Part shown: piece by piece, positions 1 to 11,487 of the stretch | Layout of the letters: each line of letters begins with the position of its first letter | Position numbering within the stretch: the first letter of the stretch is position 1 | Origin: Schizochytrium sp. TIO01 | Lineage: Eukaryota > Protista > Bigyra: Labyrinthulomycetes | Length of the DNA stretch: 64,000 nt | Assembly (NCBI GenBank): GCA_004764695.1 | Contig: SMSO01000014.1 | Span: 739,648-803,647, forward strand | Reading direction: 5' to 3' | Translations under genes and position numbers: made by a program | Notes under the pieces: model-generated | The model's input: the letters and a program-made list of their open reading frames with translations, nothing else | What the model was told of the DNA's origin: nothing | Databases searched by the model: none

Positions 1-2305
1 TCACTCTTCTGGTTTTTAAGGTTTTCTTCTGTCGTGGGTGCACTCACAGCAGGCAGTGTTGTACCAGCATCATCAAGACCTCCACGTGCTGATGTAGTGA
101 GAAGCTGGCTGATACGGCCTTCATGTTGAGAACCAGTAGAAGCACGGCGCTGAGAAACCGCTTGACTACTTGTTTCTTCCTCGCTTGCTTCTGCGATTGC
201 GGTCACAGAAGGTGCTTCAGCATTTTTCACGTGTGCCGACGCTGGTACTGCCAAAGTAGCGCGGCGCTGTGGTAATTTGGGGCTTGGTAAAGACGGACGG
301 GCAGAATCGATCCGCGTTGCAAGCTCGACTTGCAAAGGAAGTTGACCCACCTTATCACGATGCAATGTAGCATGCTCGATACTAGACATTTGCGTAACAT
401 TTTCTTCATCTTCAGCATCTTTTTGTTCACTCTCTTCTGAATTTGCAGCAGCACGATCTTGCGCAGCCTTAATAGCATCAGCAACCTCCTCGCTTTCGAC
501 AGGCTGGGGCTGAGGAAAGGTATACATTCTGCGTGGTTTCAGAGCAACTCCACGTTGTTCAAGACGACGAAAGCGCTCGGTAATGAGAAAGTAAGAGGCA
601 GTTGCGGAGTTGTGCTTCTTGGCGAGAATAGATTTACAAATATACTCCCGATCAAGCCCATAGTTCCCTAGCTCATGAAGAATACGCTCATCGATTTCTA
701 CGGTACCCCCGGTTGAAGGGTCCTGCTCTTCCTCCAAGGACTGCAGGCTCATGAATGAACGAAACGACTGGTTGTCACGCATACGAGAGATGCCAAGATG
801 ACGACGCATCCATACATGTTTGCGAATTCCGTCAATTGTTACACGCTTTGATGGATTCACTTCGAGAATTTGGGAAAGAAGATCTTTAGCCTCAGTAGAA
901 AGAGATGACGGACATTTGTATTCCGCATTAAGAATTTTACGGTAGAGCTTTGGAGTATCATTATCCTCAAATGGCAAATAGCCAGCAACAAGAGCAAAAA
1001 GAACTACACCAAGACTCCACGTATCTGATTTTGTTCCGTCATATTTCTTACCAGCAATCATCTCGGGGGCTGCGTAACATGGCGAACCACATGCAGTCGA
1101 GAGAAGGGAACCAGTCTCAACAAGGTTACTTAGGCCGTAGTCAGCAACTTTGATAAGAAAAGAGCCGTCTGAGTGTCGCTGCATAAGAAGATTCTCCGGC
1201 TTAAGGTCACGATGGATGATATGGTTGTCGTGCAAGTACTGCACACCATCGATGATTTGTGAGAAGATCTCGCACGCCTCTTGTTCAGTAAGGCGATGTT
1301 TTTCTACTATATAGTCAAAGAGCTCACCGCCATCAAGAAATTCCATCATAAGAAATATCTGCTTCGGTGTGTCAATCACCTCAAGCAAACGCATGCAGTT
1401 TCCATGACGTGTTTTTTTAAGAATTTTAATTTCTCGGGTAACACGCGTAAGGTCTCCCTCGGTTTTAATTTTGCTCTTCTCAAGGACCTTAACTGCGACC
1501 GTCTCACCGGTCAACGTATGCATACCACGTCGCACTTTGCCAAAGGTTCCTTCGCCCAAGGTCTCGCCAATAATATAGTGCCCAACTGATCGCCCTGAGC
1601 GCTGTTTCGACGTCTTTGATTTGCTACTCCCCCACTCCCACTCCTACTGCCTGGTTCTGCTTTGGGTGTGTGACTTGGTGAAGGCTTTCGCTCTGGGGAG
1701 GCTCTTGTCGTAGCCCTTGAAGATGTAGGCCTGCTGCTTGTTGTCGAGGTTTTGCCAGTACGAGTATCCTGCGGGACGACCGCAACGTTTTGCTCGCCAG
1801 CTCCAGCACGTACTACAGAAGTATTTGTGACGTCTGCAGCCGTGGTGGTGGCAGTTCTGCTGGGCAATCGAATAGGCAACAGTGATGTTACACGTCTTCT
1901 TGAACTCGACGTTTCGCTCGTCTGAGCTGATATTTGGGTCGCTTGAGCGCGCCGAGCTTGCTCTGCTTGTGCATGCTGTTGTTGATGCAAATTTTGTTGG
2001 CGCACCTGATGTGGGTTATAATTTGCAGTGTCCGCAGTATTGTAGGCATGTGTAGGAGCTCTTGCTTGATGGCCCGGACTCACGTCTTTCTTTGATGTTG
2101 ATCCAGGGGCAACATCTACAGCAGGAGGCCGAGAATTTGATGAGCTTGAGGAAGGCCTGTGTGGGCGGATATCGCGAATCGCTTGCCTGATGTTCGAAGG
2201 TGTGGTCTGCTCAAGAATGCGGCTTGCCTTAGAATACGTGCTCTGCTCAGATTTTCGCGAGTTTTGCGGCGGCCGCGGTACGCTTGGCCTCTGCATGAAT
2301 CTCAT
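1..2305 (-). CDS. SNF1/AMPK-related (CAMKL) Ser/Thr protein kinase with UBA-like domain; 3' end outside window; frame break near 1585-1643
   Basis: Manual translation of the minus strand from about 1590 gives VGHYIIGETLGEGTFGKV...VAVKVL...HRDLKPENLL...VADYGLSN...TACGSPCYAAPEMIAGKKY...DTWSLGVVLFALVAGYLPF. A UBA-like segment (IDERILHELGNYGLDREYICKSILAKKHNSATASYFLI) follows, and the frame is open to position 1. The low-complexity N-terminal part (ORF 1511..2338, first ATG 2305) is in a different frame. Joining the two parts is inferred. Confidence 0.9.
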
Positions 2306-5300
2306 AGCTCCCTCACCAAATCTGCGAGGTGATCGCAAGCTCTACTGGGCAAGGTTTGCGGACTAGAGTCCTTGCAAGGCTGCTTTTGTTTAGCTCAATA
2401 GTTATATCAATTGACCAATATATGTATGTGTAAAGCCTTTTCACAAGTCTGGAACTTCGCTCGCACCCACGCAGAATGGGGTTTGCAAGCAGGATCTCTA
2501 ATTCGCAAACTCTCCTTGTCTTCTTGTCTCTGCTTCAAGCTTCTACAGTTGCTTGAGTACACAAGAATCCGAGCTGGTTCTTATTCCAGGGCGAACTAGG
2601 ATGAAGATTACTACGACGTTGTTTCAAGGCCAAGTCAAAAGCTCAAACAAAGGGCAGCGTCGCTTGTGTTTATGAGAGTGTACACACACGCGATGCACAA
2701 GGCGGCGAACCCGTGTTGAGGTTGTCCGGCAAGCGTGGGGAGAGCTCGAGCCACAGTCTGGACACGCCTGCACAGGTGTCAAGCTGCAGCGAGCCTTTAA
2801 GCGCCGCGCAAGACCACCTTGCGCTGCTCGCTCGTTGCTCGTTTGACTTACGTTCTCGCCTCGACGTTCTCTCAAAAAGGACATCAAAATGAAAGAAATG
2901 AAAGAAAGAATTAGCAATTGAAAGGAGAACTCCGCAAGCAAAGAAAAATTACATTAAAAAAGAAACAATCTTTCGCGCCCATTAGTAATTACCTGTAGAA
3001 GAAGTACACAATGAAAGAAAAAATGAAAAAGTGAAAGACATTCTCTTCTTCTAATTTTTCTAAAGCTCAAAAAACATAAAAATCATAGATAAAAATATGT
3101 AAAAAACGAGCTTTATAGAGTCAAGAAATGCACTTACAGCAGATCGACAGTTCTCATTTTAGCAAAATAAAGTAAGCACTGCCCCACCGGCCGTGTATAT
3201 TGCTGCTTCCGTCATGCGTGCATGCCTGAAGAGCGCGATTGCTTGCGAAATTCCACCAGGAACGGAGGGGCGGAGAAGGTCATACATACATATTCATGCG
3301 CATTCACAAACCATACACATTTATTTAAAATTATAAATAAATGCATGCTCAGAAAGCTACCATCCACTAAGAGTACCCTACCAGTCGCTACCCACGCCGC
3401 GTCTTTCAACTTCCTTTTGCGTTGGACCGCCTTGAAAAAGACCCTCCATCTTTGCAGTAAAAAAAGAGCGAAATTAATACCAGTCCAACAAGGGTTCTCG
3501 CGCACACGTCTCCATTCATGAAGCAAAGCAAAACACTCAGAGCCTGAGCCACAATGCTGGCGTGGGGCGAGGCAGTACCCTTCCCTCCCTCGAGCCTGTC
3601 TGTCTGTCAAGGCCCTCGGGTTCCCACCACGATTACAAAGGCGACGGCCATCGTCGCGAAGCTTCTCCTTAAAGTCGATCTCCACATCGAAGTTGACTTC
3701 GCTTTGAGTGAGTGAGTGACCCGCTGTCTTCTTTTAGCTTCTTCTATCGTTTCTCGCTGTAGCGCTACTTATGTCGCTGCTAGCGAACGGCGACCATCGC
3801 AGTTTTTTCTCAGCGCGTCGCACATTACCTGCAACTAATCTGCAATATGGAGCTCAAGTTCTTCGTCAGCGCCATAATTGAATTGATCAGCGACAACGCC
3901 GACGGCGCAATCCGTGGACGTTCTAAGGTTCGCTTTTTGCTTAGGAGCTATGGCCTCAATTGGAGGCGGCCCCGGCTGGACTCGGGCGCCCGTGCCGGGC
4001 TGACTCCTCCTCCTCCTCCGGGTGGTGGACTCCAAGGAGGACTGATTGAGCGGACCGAATGAATGCGGTTCGCGTGCCAGTTCCCAAAGCCAAAATCATT
4101 CATCTGCAGAACTTGGAGACCTACCGAGTCAGCCGCCATATCTATACACGCCGACGAACGAACCCACTCCTCCAAATGGATTCAATGCTGCTGCGTTCGC
4201 GTGTGCTTATGAAGCGCATCGCTCGCGAGGGAGTCGAGGGCAATCTCGATGCCCTCGTGAGCATCCTGTCTCAGATAATCCAGCTTTTATGCAGTTTATG
4301 TGTATATTATTTTAATTGACTAGTTATTTTTTGTTTGTTGAATATAGTTATTTCTATCTAATAAAATAAGAAGGGACGTACACTCGTAGTCCCCTCAAGT
4401 TAAGATGCACTGCACCATTTGCAATTCGAAGGGCGTCAGCGTTTGTAAAAAAGGGTCAATCACGGGCGATTCCACGCAGAAAGGTCATCTCAAGAGAGGG
4501 CGAAGGTTTTTCTGCAGGAGAGGAGACAAGGCTCCGCTCTGGCTTCAACTGGCCTGTGTGCAAAAGAGAGGGTGCCTACAGAGTGTAGAAAATACTAGAT
4601 GTGCACGTTTTGTTTTACAAACGTCTTTCAACTTGTGATAAACGGTTTACTACAACATTTGATTATGGTAAATGCTAGTAGTTGAGAGTTCTTCGCTCTT
4701 CTTTCGATTCGAGAAAAGTGAAACTTTTACATTTTGCGAACCAATTGGAGTGCGACTAAATCACCTCTGCTAACGCAATATAACGAATTATTTGGTTTCC
4801 GAGTATTTTTTTTGCTTTGCATACATTTCTTTTCTGTAATATCCATTTTGTACACATAATCCTACTCTGAAGCTATCCCTGCAATCTGCTTCTTGTAAAA
4901 TATATACCTTTTGTCGCTATCTTCGAAAGGAGAGTAGGATTGTGCGCAAATTAGTCAAGCGAAAACATGCTATAAAGAATATTCTGTGACCGAGATCGAC
5001 TTGGTTCTTATAGAGACTATGCTGGAGCGTGCCAATCTGGCTGCTTGAATCTCTCATCAATGACACTTAATACGCGTAGCCAAACTTTGTAACTCCACGG
5101 TCTTTCAAGGTTGGATAAAGTCAATTCTGAAGCTTCACCGGTAAGCTAGATGGGAGATTTTCATTTTCCGATGCGTGCAAATGATACGTTGTTGGAAGGG
5201 GGAAAGAGAAAGAAGCATATAAAAAAGGGAATTTAGTTTCGTATCGTACAATATATTATTTCTTGGTGTGTTCATTTTCAGATAAAGACGACGCAATATT

Positions 5301-6960
5301 TGTTGAGGATTGTCTTCTCCATCATCGGTGGTATCCTTAAGAATCGACTCGACATGTCCTTCTAATAAGCTATGCAATGATTTGTATCGCTTAATCACTT
5401 CTTGTATTTGTTCCTCTTTAAAGAACTAGAAAATACATGTCCACCTCTCGGATCTTCTATCCTGCGAATCCTTGGTTCTGGTTCCCTAACCACGTGCACC
5501 TGAAGCTTCCCTTTCAACTAAAAAACAGTACCTCATTTAAAAACTTGAAATTTTCAGTGAAAACTTTAATAGAACGCTCTCCCTGTTATTCAATATCTCT
5601 GGGTTTAGCTACGACTGGCTATTGCAGAAAATCGTTCGCTTTCTAATCTATTCCTCCTCGCAAGATCCGTTGACCTCAGTTTCTTTTGCAGCGATGCGGC
5701 CGCACATTAAAAGGCGTTATATGTTAGGCCCTTTTGCTCCGCACTGTCTCCTAAATGTCCCAGTGGAGACATCCCTCTTAAGTTTTGCTCTTGTACTTTT
5801 ACTCTCACGAAAAATCTACTGTTGTCCCGAAACGCCAAATACCCCCCTTGATCACGCCTTCCAAAGTAAAAACGGGTGAATGGGAGGCATTCAATACCTT
5901 CTGACAGAGGCCCGAATATATTATAGGCTTCAGGTTCTTGCACTAAACACCTTATGTGCCCCTCCTCGTGTGCCCCCCTTCGTTTCTTTCAATCATTCTT
6001 TCATTCCTTCGCTATTACAATCGTAAATTTCTGCTGATTGCTCACGCTTCGATTAGTCGTCTTTCCTTCTAACTTAGAAGCGATGCTCACGAATTAGCGC
6101 TGCTTGCTGTGATCTGACAGAGAAGGGTGTTGCTTTTGTGCACCCTTCGCCTCTCTTGCGGTACCTTTTGCATTCCCTCCTTTGCTGTCATTTCTGTGTT
6201 TCGTGAGGCTCTCATTCTTGAGCCGCTTCGAAGCACAAAGGAAAACAATTTGCACAGTCGTCGTGTCATTGTCTATAATTGGTTAAAGGTCTGTTCAAGC
6301 TGAGTTGATGTAGGTCTTTCTTATAGGCTGACGCCTGTCTACTATATTGCAGGTCATTCGTCTGTGGTTTATGGCTGCGTTGATGTCGCGGTTGTCGTTG
6401 TCGTTGTCGTTGTCGCTGTCGCTGTCGTTGTTATGGTTCTCGTTGTTGCAAATCGTTTGTTTGTTTGATTGTTTGATTGTTTGATAAGGTGCCTCAGTAC
6501 TACTTAAGTAGAATAGTTTCATATGTACTCCTACTGTGTACATGGATGGCAATAGAAAGGAAAAGGAAAGATTGCAAACTTGGAGATTGTGATGATTTTG
6601 GTATCCAATGAAGACTTAAGGTAGTTAGCTCACTTCTGCAAGTCAAGAGCCGAGGCTGAAACTTGGCCAGCCCAAGCAGAGCTCACCTCTTCAAGAGGGT
6701 GGAAAGCCGTGCAGCAGTCTAGCCTCCAGCATTTAATCGCATAGATTTATTGGGAACTTCGATTCACGCGATTCACTCACTCATTCATGCGTTCGATATT
6801 TAGAAGATATGCGAAGGGGTGGATAGGGGTTACTGCTAATAGTCATATAGTAAAAGGCCTTAAAAGAAATCGAAAAGAGTGTTTTTTTTTCTTCTGTTTT
6901 TCAATCGTTTGTTTTTGCTTGTTTCTGTTCGAGGCACCAAAGCTGGTACGAGTTGTATCC

Positions 6961-6969
6961 GCCGCCGCT

Positions 6970-7002
<33 letters not shown>

Positions 7003-7009
7003 GCTGCCG
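6961..7009 (+). repeat. (GCC)n/(GTC)n trinucleotide microsatellite in GC-rich upstream region of RNASEK-like gene
   Basis: Directly visible gccgccgcc run. Confidence 0.9.
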
Positions 7010-7389
7010 CTCTGCTCGCAGCCCAGGTTCCGAATTCCTCGAACCGTCTACAGGCCCCGGTTCCTCGCGCGAAGCACCGGGCGCGCCTGAGCACGTGCGA
7101 GGCTGGCGCCGAGACCTCGCGCTCGTATCTCACTCATCTCCTTTGTATCAGTCTTCTTTTTAGATAGGAGACCGCCATATTTTGAAAGCACGTATTAGAT
7201 CACGTTAGTCCAAAGCACAGCGCAGCTTGTCATAAGGTCTGTGTTGAAGTACCTTGCTCGCAAAGATCTGAAGCGTTTACAGATTACCAACTGAAAGGAT
7301 CTTCGAGCTTCACTAAGGAGTGTACAATCATTTCTGTATACTCGTATTGCTGTTAACAGTAGTGGAGAATCTTGACGAGGCTTGGAGAA

Positions 7390-7851
7390 ATGGGCTGTGC
7401 GAATGACACCTTCGGGTGCTTCTTCAACTGCTTCAAATGCATGGCGTGCTGCTCGTCAAAGGAGGGCAGCATATGCTGCGGCCTCTTTAGTTTTGTTGGC
7501 GCTATCTTTCTTGGTGTGCTAGGTATGCTGCTTACCTTCCAGTGGGAGTACGTGCACGGCATTAACTCGGAAGAAGACGCAGAGCATGCTCGCAGAAACG
7601 CATTTGTGGCTGCAGGAATCTATGCCGTAATTTTTTTCATGTGCATGATCTCGCTCGTTCTCCACAATAAGCATGACTACAAAGCCATCAACACCACACC
7701 GACAATCCCAGAGCAGCAGAACAACAATATTGAACTTGAGAATGTACAGCAGAATAATGGCTCGCTCAACTTTGGTCTTCTTGCTGGAGACTCACTCGCA
7801 CCTAATGGCAACGGGCGACCTGTTACCACTGCACGCGTGGCCGTACAGTAA
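7390..7851 (+). CDS. RNASEK: RNase kappa / V-ATPase Vo subunit f-like two-TM protein
   Basis: ATG at 7390. CC followed by TM1 (SICCGLFSFVGAIFLGVLGMLL), a short loop, and TM2 NAFVAAGIY, which resembles RNASEK NCFIAAGLY. Hydrophilic C-terminal tail. Confidence 0.7.
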   Translation: MGCANDTFGCFFNCFKCMACCSSKEGSICCGLFSFVGAIFLGVLGMLLTFQWEYVHGINSEEDAEHARRNAFVAAGIYAVIFFMCMISLVLHNKHDYKAINTTPTIPEQQNNNIELENVQQNNGSLNFGLLAGDSLAPNGNGRPVTTARVAVQ

Positions 7852-9320
7852 AACTTTCCCTCCCTCTTATTTTTGTGTGATTTGGTGGTCTCCTGTGCGA
7901 ATAATCCGATGCGAGTCAAATAAGCTGTAGATGTTGCTACAGTGTTTAGCACTTCATAAATGTATCGCAATACGTTTCATTCGAACGTTTTCATCCCTTG
8001 CAAGTTTCTCCCTCTCCACCCCAATGCTTGTGCCGCTTTGTATGTAGATACCCCTGCTGCCAAAGCCTTATCTAGCAGTTCATCAAGCTTTCGCAATCCT
8101 CCTGTGGCATTAAAAGACCAACCCACATATTCTTTAGACGGAAATTCTCAGGTTTAACAAGAACAATTGGTGTTGTACTCTACCTTCTTTCTTCAAAGGG
8201 CTCTTTGCTTATCTTCCCAATGAACGCTGGATGAAGAATTATTTTGTAAGGTGGAGTCTGCCATCATTGTCATCAAGCTGTGCTCTATTGCTCTTTCAAG
8301 ATTCCTTGGCACTGAAGAGGCCATGCAGAGTCCAGGCATATGGGATGCCTTTTCGCTGACGCTCTGCAGTATGCTACTTACACCATTCTTATCTTCCTTT
8401 TTTCACTTTCTCTTATACGAGGACATACGCTTTTAAAACGATATGATCGAACACATATAGACCAAATCGATTTGGTATATCGTCTGCCCTTGTATATCAA
8501 ATGAAAACTTATATCTTACTCATTTCAATTGTTTATTTCTTGCCAAAGTTTTACATGCTCAGCGTCTAAAATAGCTGCTGCTACACCTCTTGATCAGATG
8601 ATATTGATGATATTAATAACACACAGAATTTTATAGAAACAAAGGCTGGGTCGTGAAAGAAAATTTTAAGTTCGCTTTTCAGAAGAAGATCTTAAAACAA
8701 GTTGATTATTAGAAACATATTTATCTCAGTTGTGCTTTTAATGTGTATTTCCCGTCCAGATTGTGACGGATCTCGTACTTAGAAGCAAATCAGCTCTACA
8801 GAGTCACCAGACAATGGAGAGTTGGCTCAAGTTTGATTTTTTGGTCGAGAAATTTCTTTAGGGTGGATTCTTTAAAGTGTGATGCCCGTACCCAGTCTTT
8901 CATTCATAGTTGGTCCCTTGATTTTTTCACTGTTGGCCAGTTCCACTAAAGGTGAGTCTGTGCCATTCAAATAGATGTGATGCATAATTCATGATCAACC
9001 CTCCCCAATGCAGAAGTGCCTGCTATAGATCAAACGCTTTTTATCATGGGTTGCGTTTCATCTTCGCCTTGGTCTTCTGATTCGTTCGAGCTATTGCATG
9101 ACTTGTTAGAACGTGCACTTAGGCCGTCCATGGGTTGTGTTCTCTCACGTTGGTCTTCAGACGCGAATGAAGCTAACTCCACTGCTAAGAGGCGTTCTTC
9201 ATCCTCGTGTTTCAACTTTTCATCATCAATCGCGTAATGAGTGTCAGGATTCCCTTCCTCATCAAGGCTGTTATCATCTTCACTGCGTGATTCTACAGGG
9301 TCAGACTGGGGGGCGGCTTC

Positions 9321-10373
9321 TCAGGCCCGAAGATCCCTATTAAAAGACCAGGACTTGCCTCGCTTATGGCAAAAGTAGCCAACAACAATAACCAGAACAA
9401 TCCAGAGAAAGAGTAAAACGGCGGAGACGTCCAAGTCTAACAATCCTGAACCAGCATTCTGCAGTGCAGTTCCTGCGGATGATGCAGTAGCAGCTGCAAA
9501 AGAGACTGCTTTGCTGTGACCCCGCCTCATTTGCACGATACAGGAGATGTCCGGGTACTTGGGCAGCAAATAGGCATTTCCAAGACGCTGAATTTGGGTT
9601 TGTGAAGGAGCAGTTGGACCATCTCTTAGTTCATAGAGGTGGTCCAAGGCTTCCATTCCCGAGACGACTTTGGCGAAAGGCGCAAAGTGCAAAGCGTCGA
9701 GGCGACTATTATCCTTATAGTTGAAAAAAATCTGATAAGACCTCGTGTTTGCTTGCCCTCGTGCTGCAAAGCTCACCCAGCCCCGCTGGTTCGATGTGCG
9801 TACTGGGTCATCGTTGAACTCGCCAAAGCCCTCAGACATAGCCGGCTCTGCAGGAATACCCACCTGTGCTACAAAGTTCTTCATAACCCTGAAAAAACAA
9901 GCATCATCATAGAAGTCCACCTCCAAAAGCTTTAGAAACCTTTCAGCGCCTAAAGGCGCAAGATCTGGGTATACCTCCATTTCTACAGTTTCAAAGGTGT
10001 TTGTGCTTCGATGATGGATCGACATGCTCACTGGTATAGCCGTCATAGAGTCCTCAGTCTTGCCGCCACCCTCAGCTGATCCATCTCCCTCAGTTCCTTC
10101 ACTGGCAGCATCGCCCTCCCCAGCTTGGGCTTCCTCGCTGTTGAGGCGGCGTCCGACAATGACTTCTTCGCCATGGCCCTCGACGCTACGGCCTTCAAGG
10201 TCGCCATCTCCAGCGCGGAGTCGAGCGGGGATATCCGGCATCTTTAAAAATGATCTTCTGTGCCGCAGCCCGTGGTTCCTCGCCGGGACGCGTCCTTCGA
10301 GTGAGTTTCGGGACTGCGCAAGCACACGCTGGCAGATTGAAGGAGCAGGAGACCTGAGGACATCAGAGATCAC
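9321..10373 (-). CDS. Cyclophilin-type peptidyl-prolyl cis-trans isomerase with C-terminal TM anchor (start uncertain; may extend to 9030)
   Basis: Motifs APLGAERFLKLL..FYDDACFFRVMKNFVAQVG, NQRGWVSFA...NTRSYQIFFNYKDNSRLD..FAPFAKVVSGM; TM VSAVLLFLWIVLVIVVGYF. The first in-frame ATG is 10241; the ORF-track start is GTG. Confidence 0.9.
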   Translation of the reverse strand: MISDVLRSPAPSICQRVLAQSRNSLEGRVPARNHGLRHRRSFLKMPDIPARLRAGDGDLEGRSVEGHGEEVIVGRRLNSEEAQAGEGDAASEGTEGDGSAEGGGKTEDSMTAIPVSMSIHHRSTNTFETVEMEVYPDLAPLGAERFLKLLEVDFYDDACFFRVMKNFVAQVGIPAEPAMSEGFGEFNDDPVRTSNQRGWVSFAARGQANTRSYQIFFNYKDNSRLDALHFAPFAKVVSGMEALDHLYELRDGPTAPSQTQIQRLGNAYLLPKYPDISCIVQMRRGHSKAVSFAAATASSAGTALQNAGSGLLDLDVSAVLLFLWIVLVIVVGYFCHKRGKSWSFNRDLRA

Positions 10374-10606
10374 AGAAACAATGTAGTGTAATCTTCTAAC
10401 GAGATTATCACGTGCTAATAAGCCTACTAAGTCTATGAAAGTGTAAGTTACTCAAGGTGTCGAAACCATAAAAGAGACCAAATGTCAAATGTCCATTTGC
10501 AGTTCTCTGCTTTGTCGCCTCAATCTTCACTACTCCCGCATTATAGCCTGTTGTGAATGAATACCTAACTTTGGCCACTTTGGTTTCATGATTCCCCTCC
10601 TGACGC

Positions 10607-10647
10607 AGGGTTTCACAAATTGAAGAAGGGTTTCACAAATTGAAGAA
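10607..10647 (+). repeat. Perfect 20-bp tandem duplication (agggtttcacaaattgaaga x2)
   Basis: Directly visible. Confidence 0.9.
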
Positions 10648-11487
10648 CCTGTCCAAGGTTGCAGCTACAAGACCCAAGTGGAGAGCGAGCGAGCGAGTAT
10701 TTCTTCTGGTCGACGTGGGCAGGAATTTGGCCACGGTAAGCATGTGAGCGTGGATGACGACATACGTTCGTGTTGTGCGAGAAGGTGGGCAAGCAAAGCA
10801 GCTGGGAAGACCTGAATCATGCACCGCCGAGAAAGATAACTCAGCACGACCGATCATGAAAGGGGATCTAGGAAGTGAGTGAGTGCTTCTAGTAGGTACC
10901 TACTAGTTTCCCTAACTATTTGCAGGAGACGAGATATTGTAAACCTATACATTGAGTCGTAAGATTGTGGAAACAAGCAAGACAGCATATACCAGTCAGA
11001 CGCTTCCTGACGGCAAATGATACCAGAGATAAGGCTGGAGTAGAAGAGATTAGCCGTAAAAAATAGCCTTACCAGGTGAAGCAAATTTATTCACTTGCTA
11101 GTCAAAGACTGCAATGAAGAAAGTGGGAACTCTAAAGAAGGAAATATGGAGATCGTATCGCAGAGTACAAGTGAATCAAAGCAAAAGTTCATTGAGTTGT
11201 AGTAGAAAAAACCTGACATCTTTTTTGTGAAATTATGTAGAAGTAAAAAAAGAGAGTGGAGTAGAACTAGTAGGCTAAATTTCAAGCAACCAGACCTACA
11301 GAGGGAGAGAGAAACGCAGTTTCAGGCAATTTCAGAAAATTGAGGAATGGCGCCACAATAATTGGCCAATCCAACAACTGTTTGAGAATATCCTACGAAC
11401 TGCGTCCAGGCGAACACGAGCGGAAGCAAATCCTCCTGACTTTAAGAGGAAAAGTAAGCCCTAGTATAGCGCACATGAATGAAAGAA

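Noticed and set aside
6787-7167. Poly-Ala/poly-Arg ORFs here and similar ORFs at 14021-14239, 50493-50963 and 53756-54004
   Set aside because: Translations of microsatellites in promoter-like DNA
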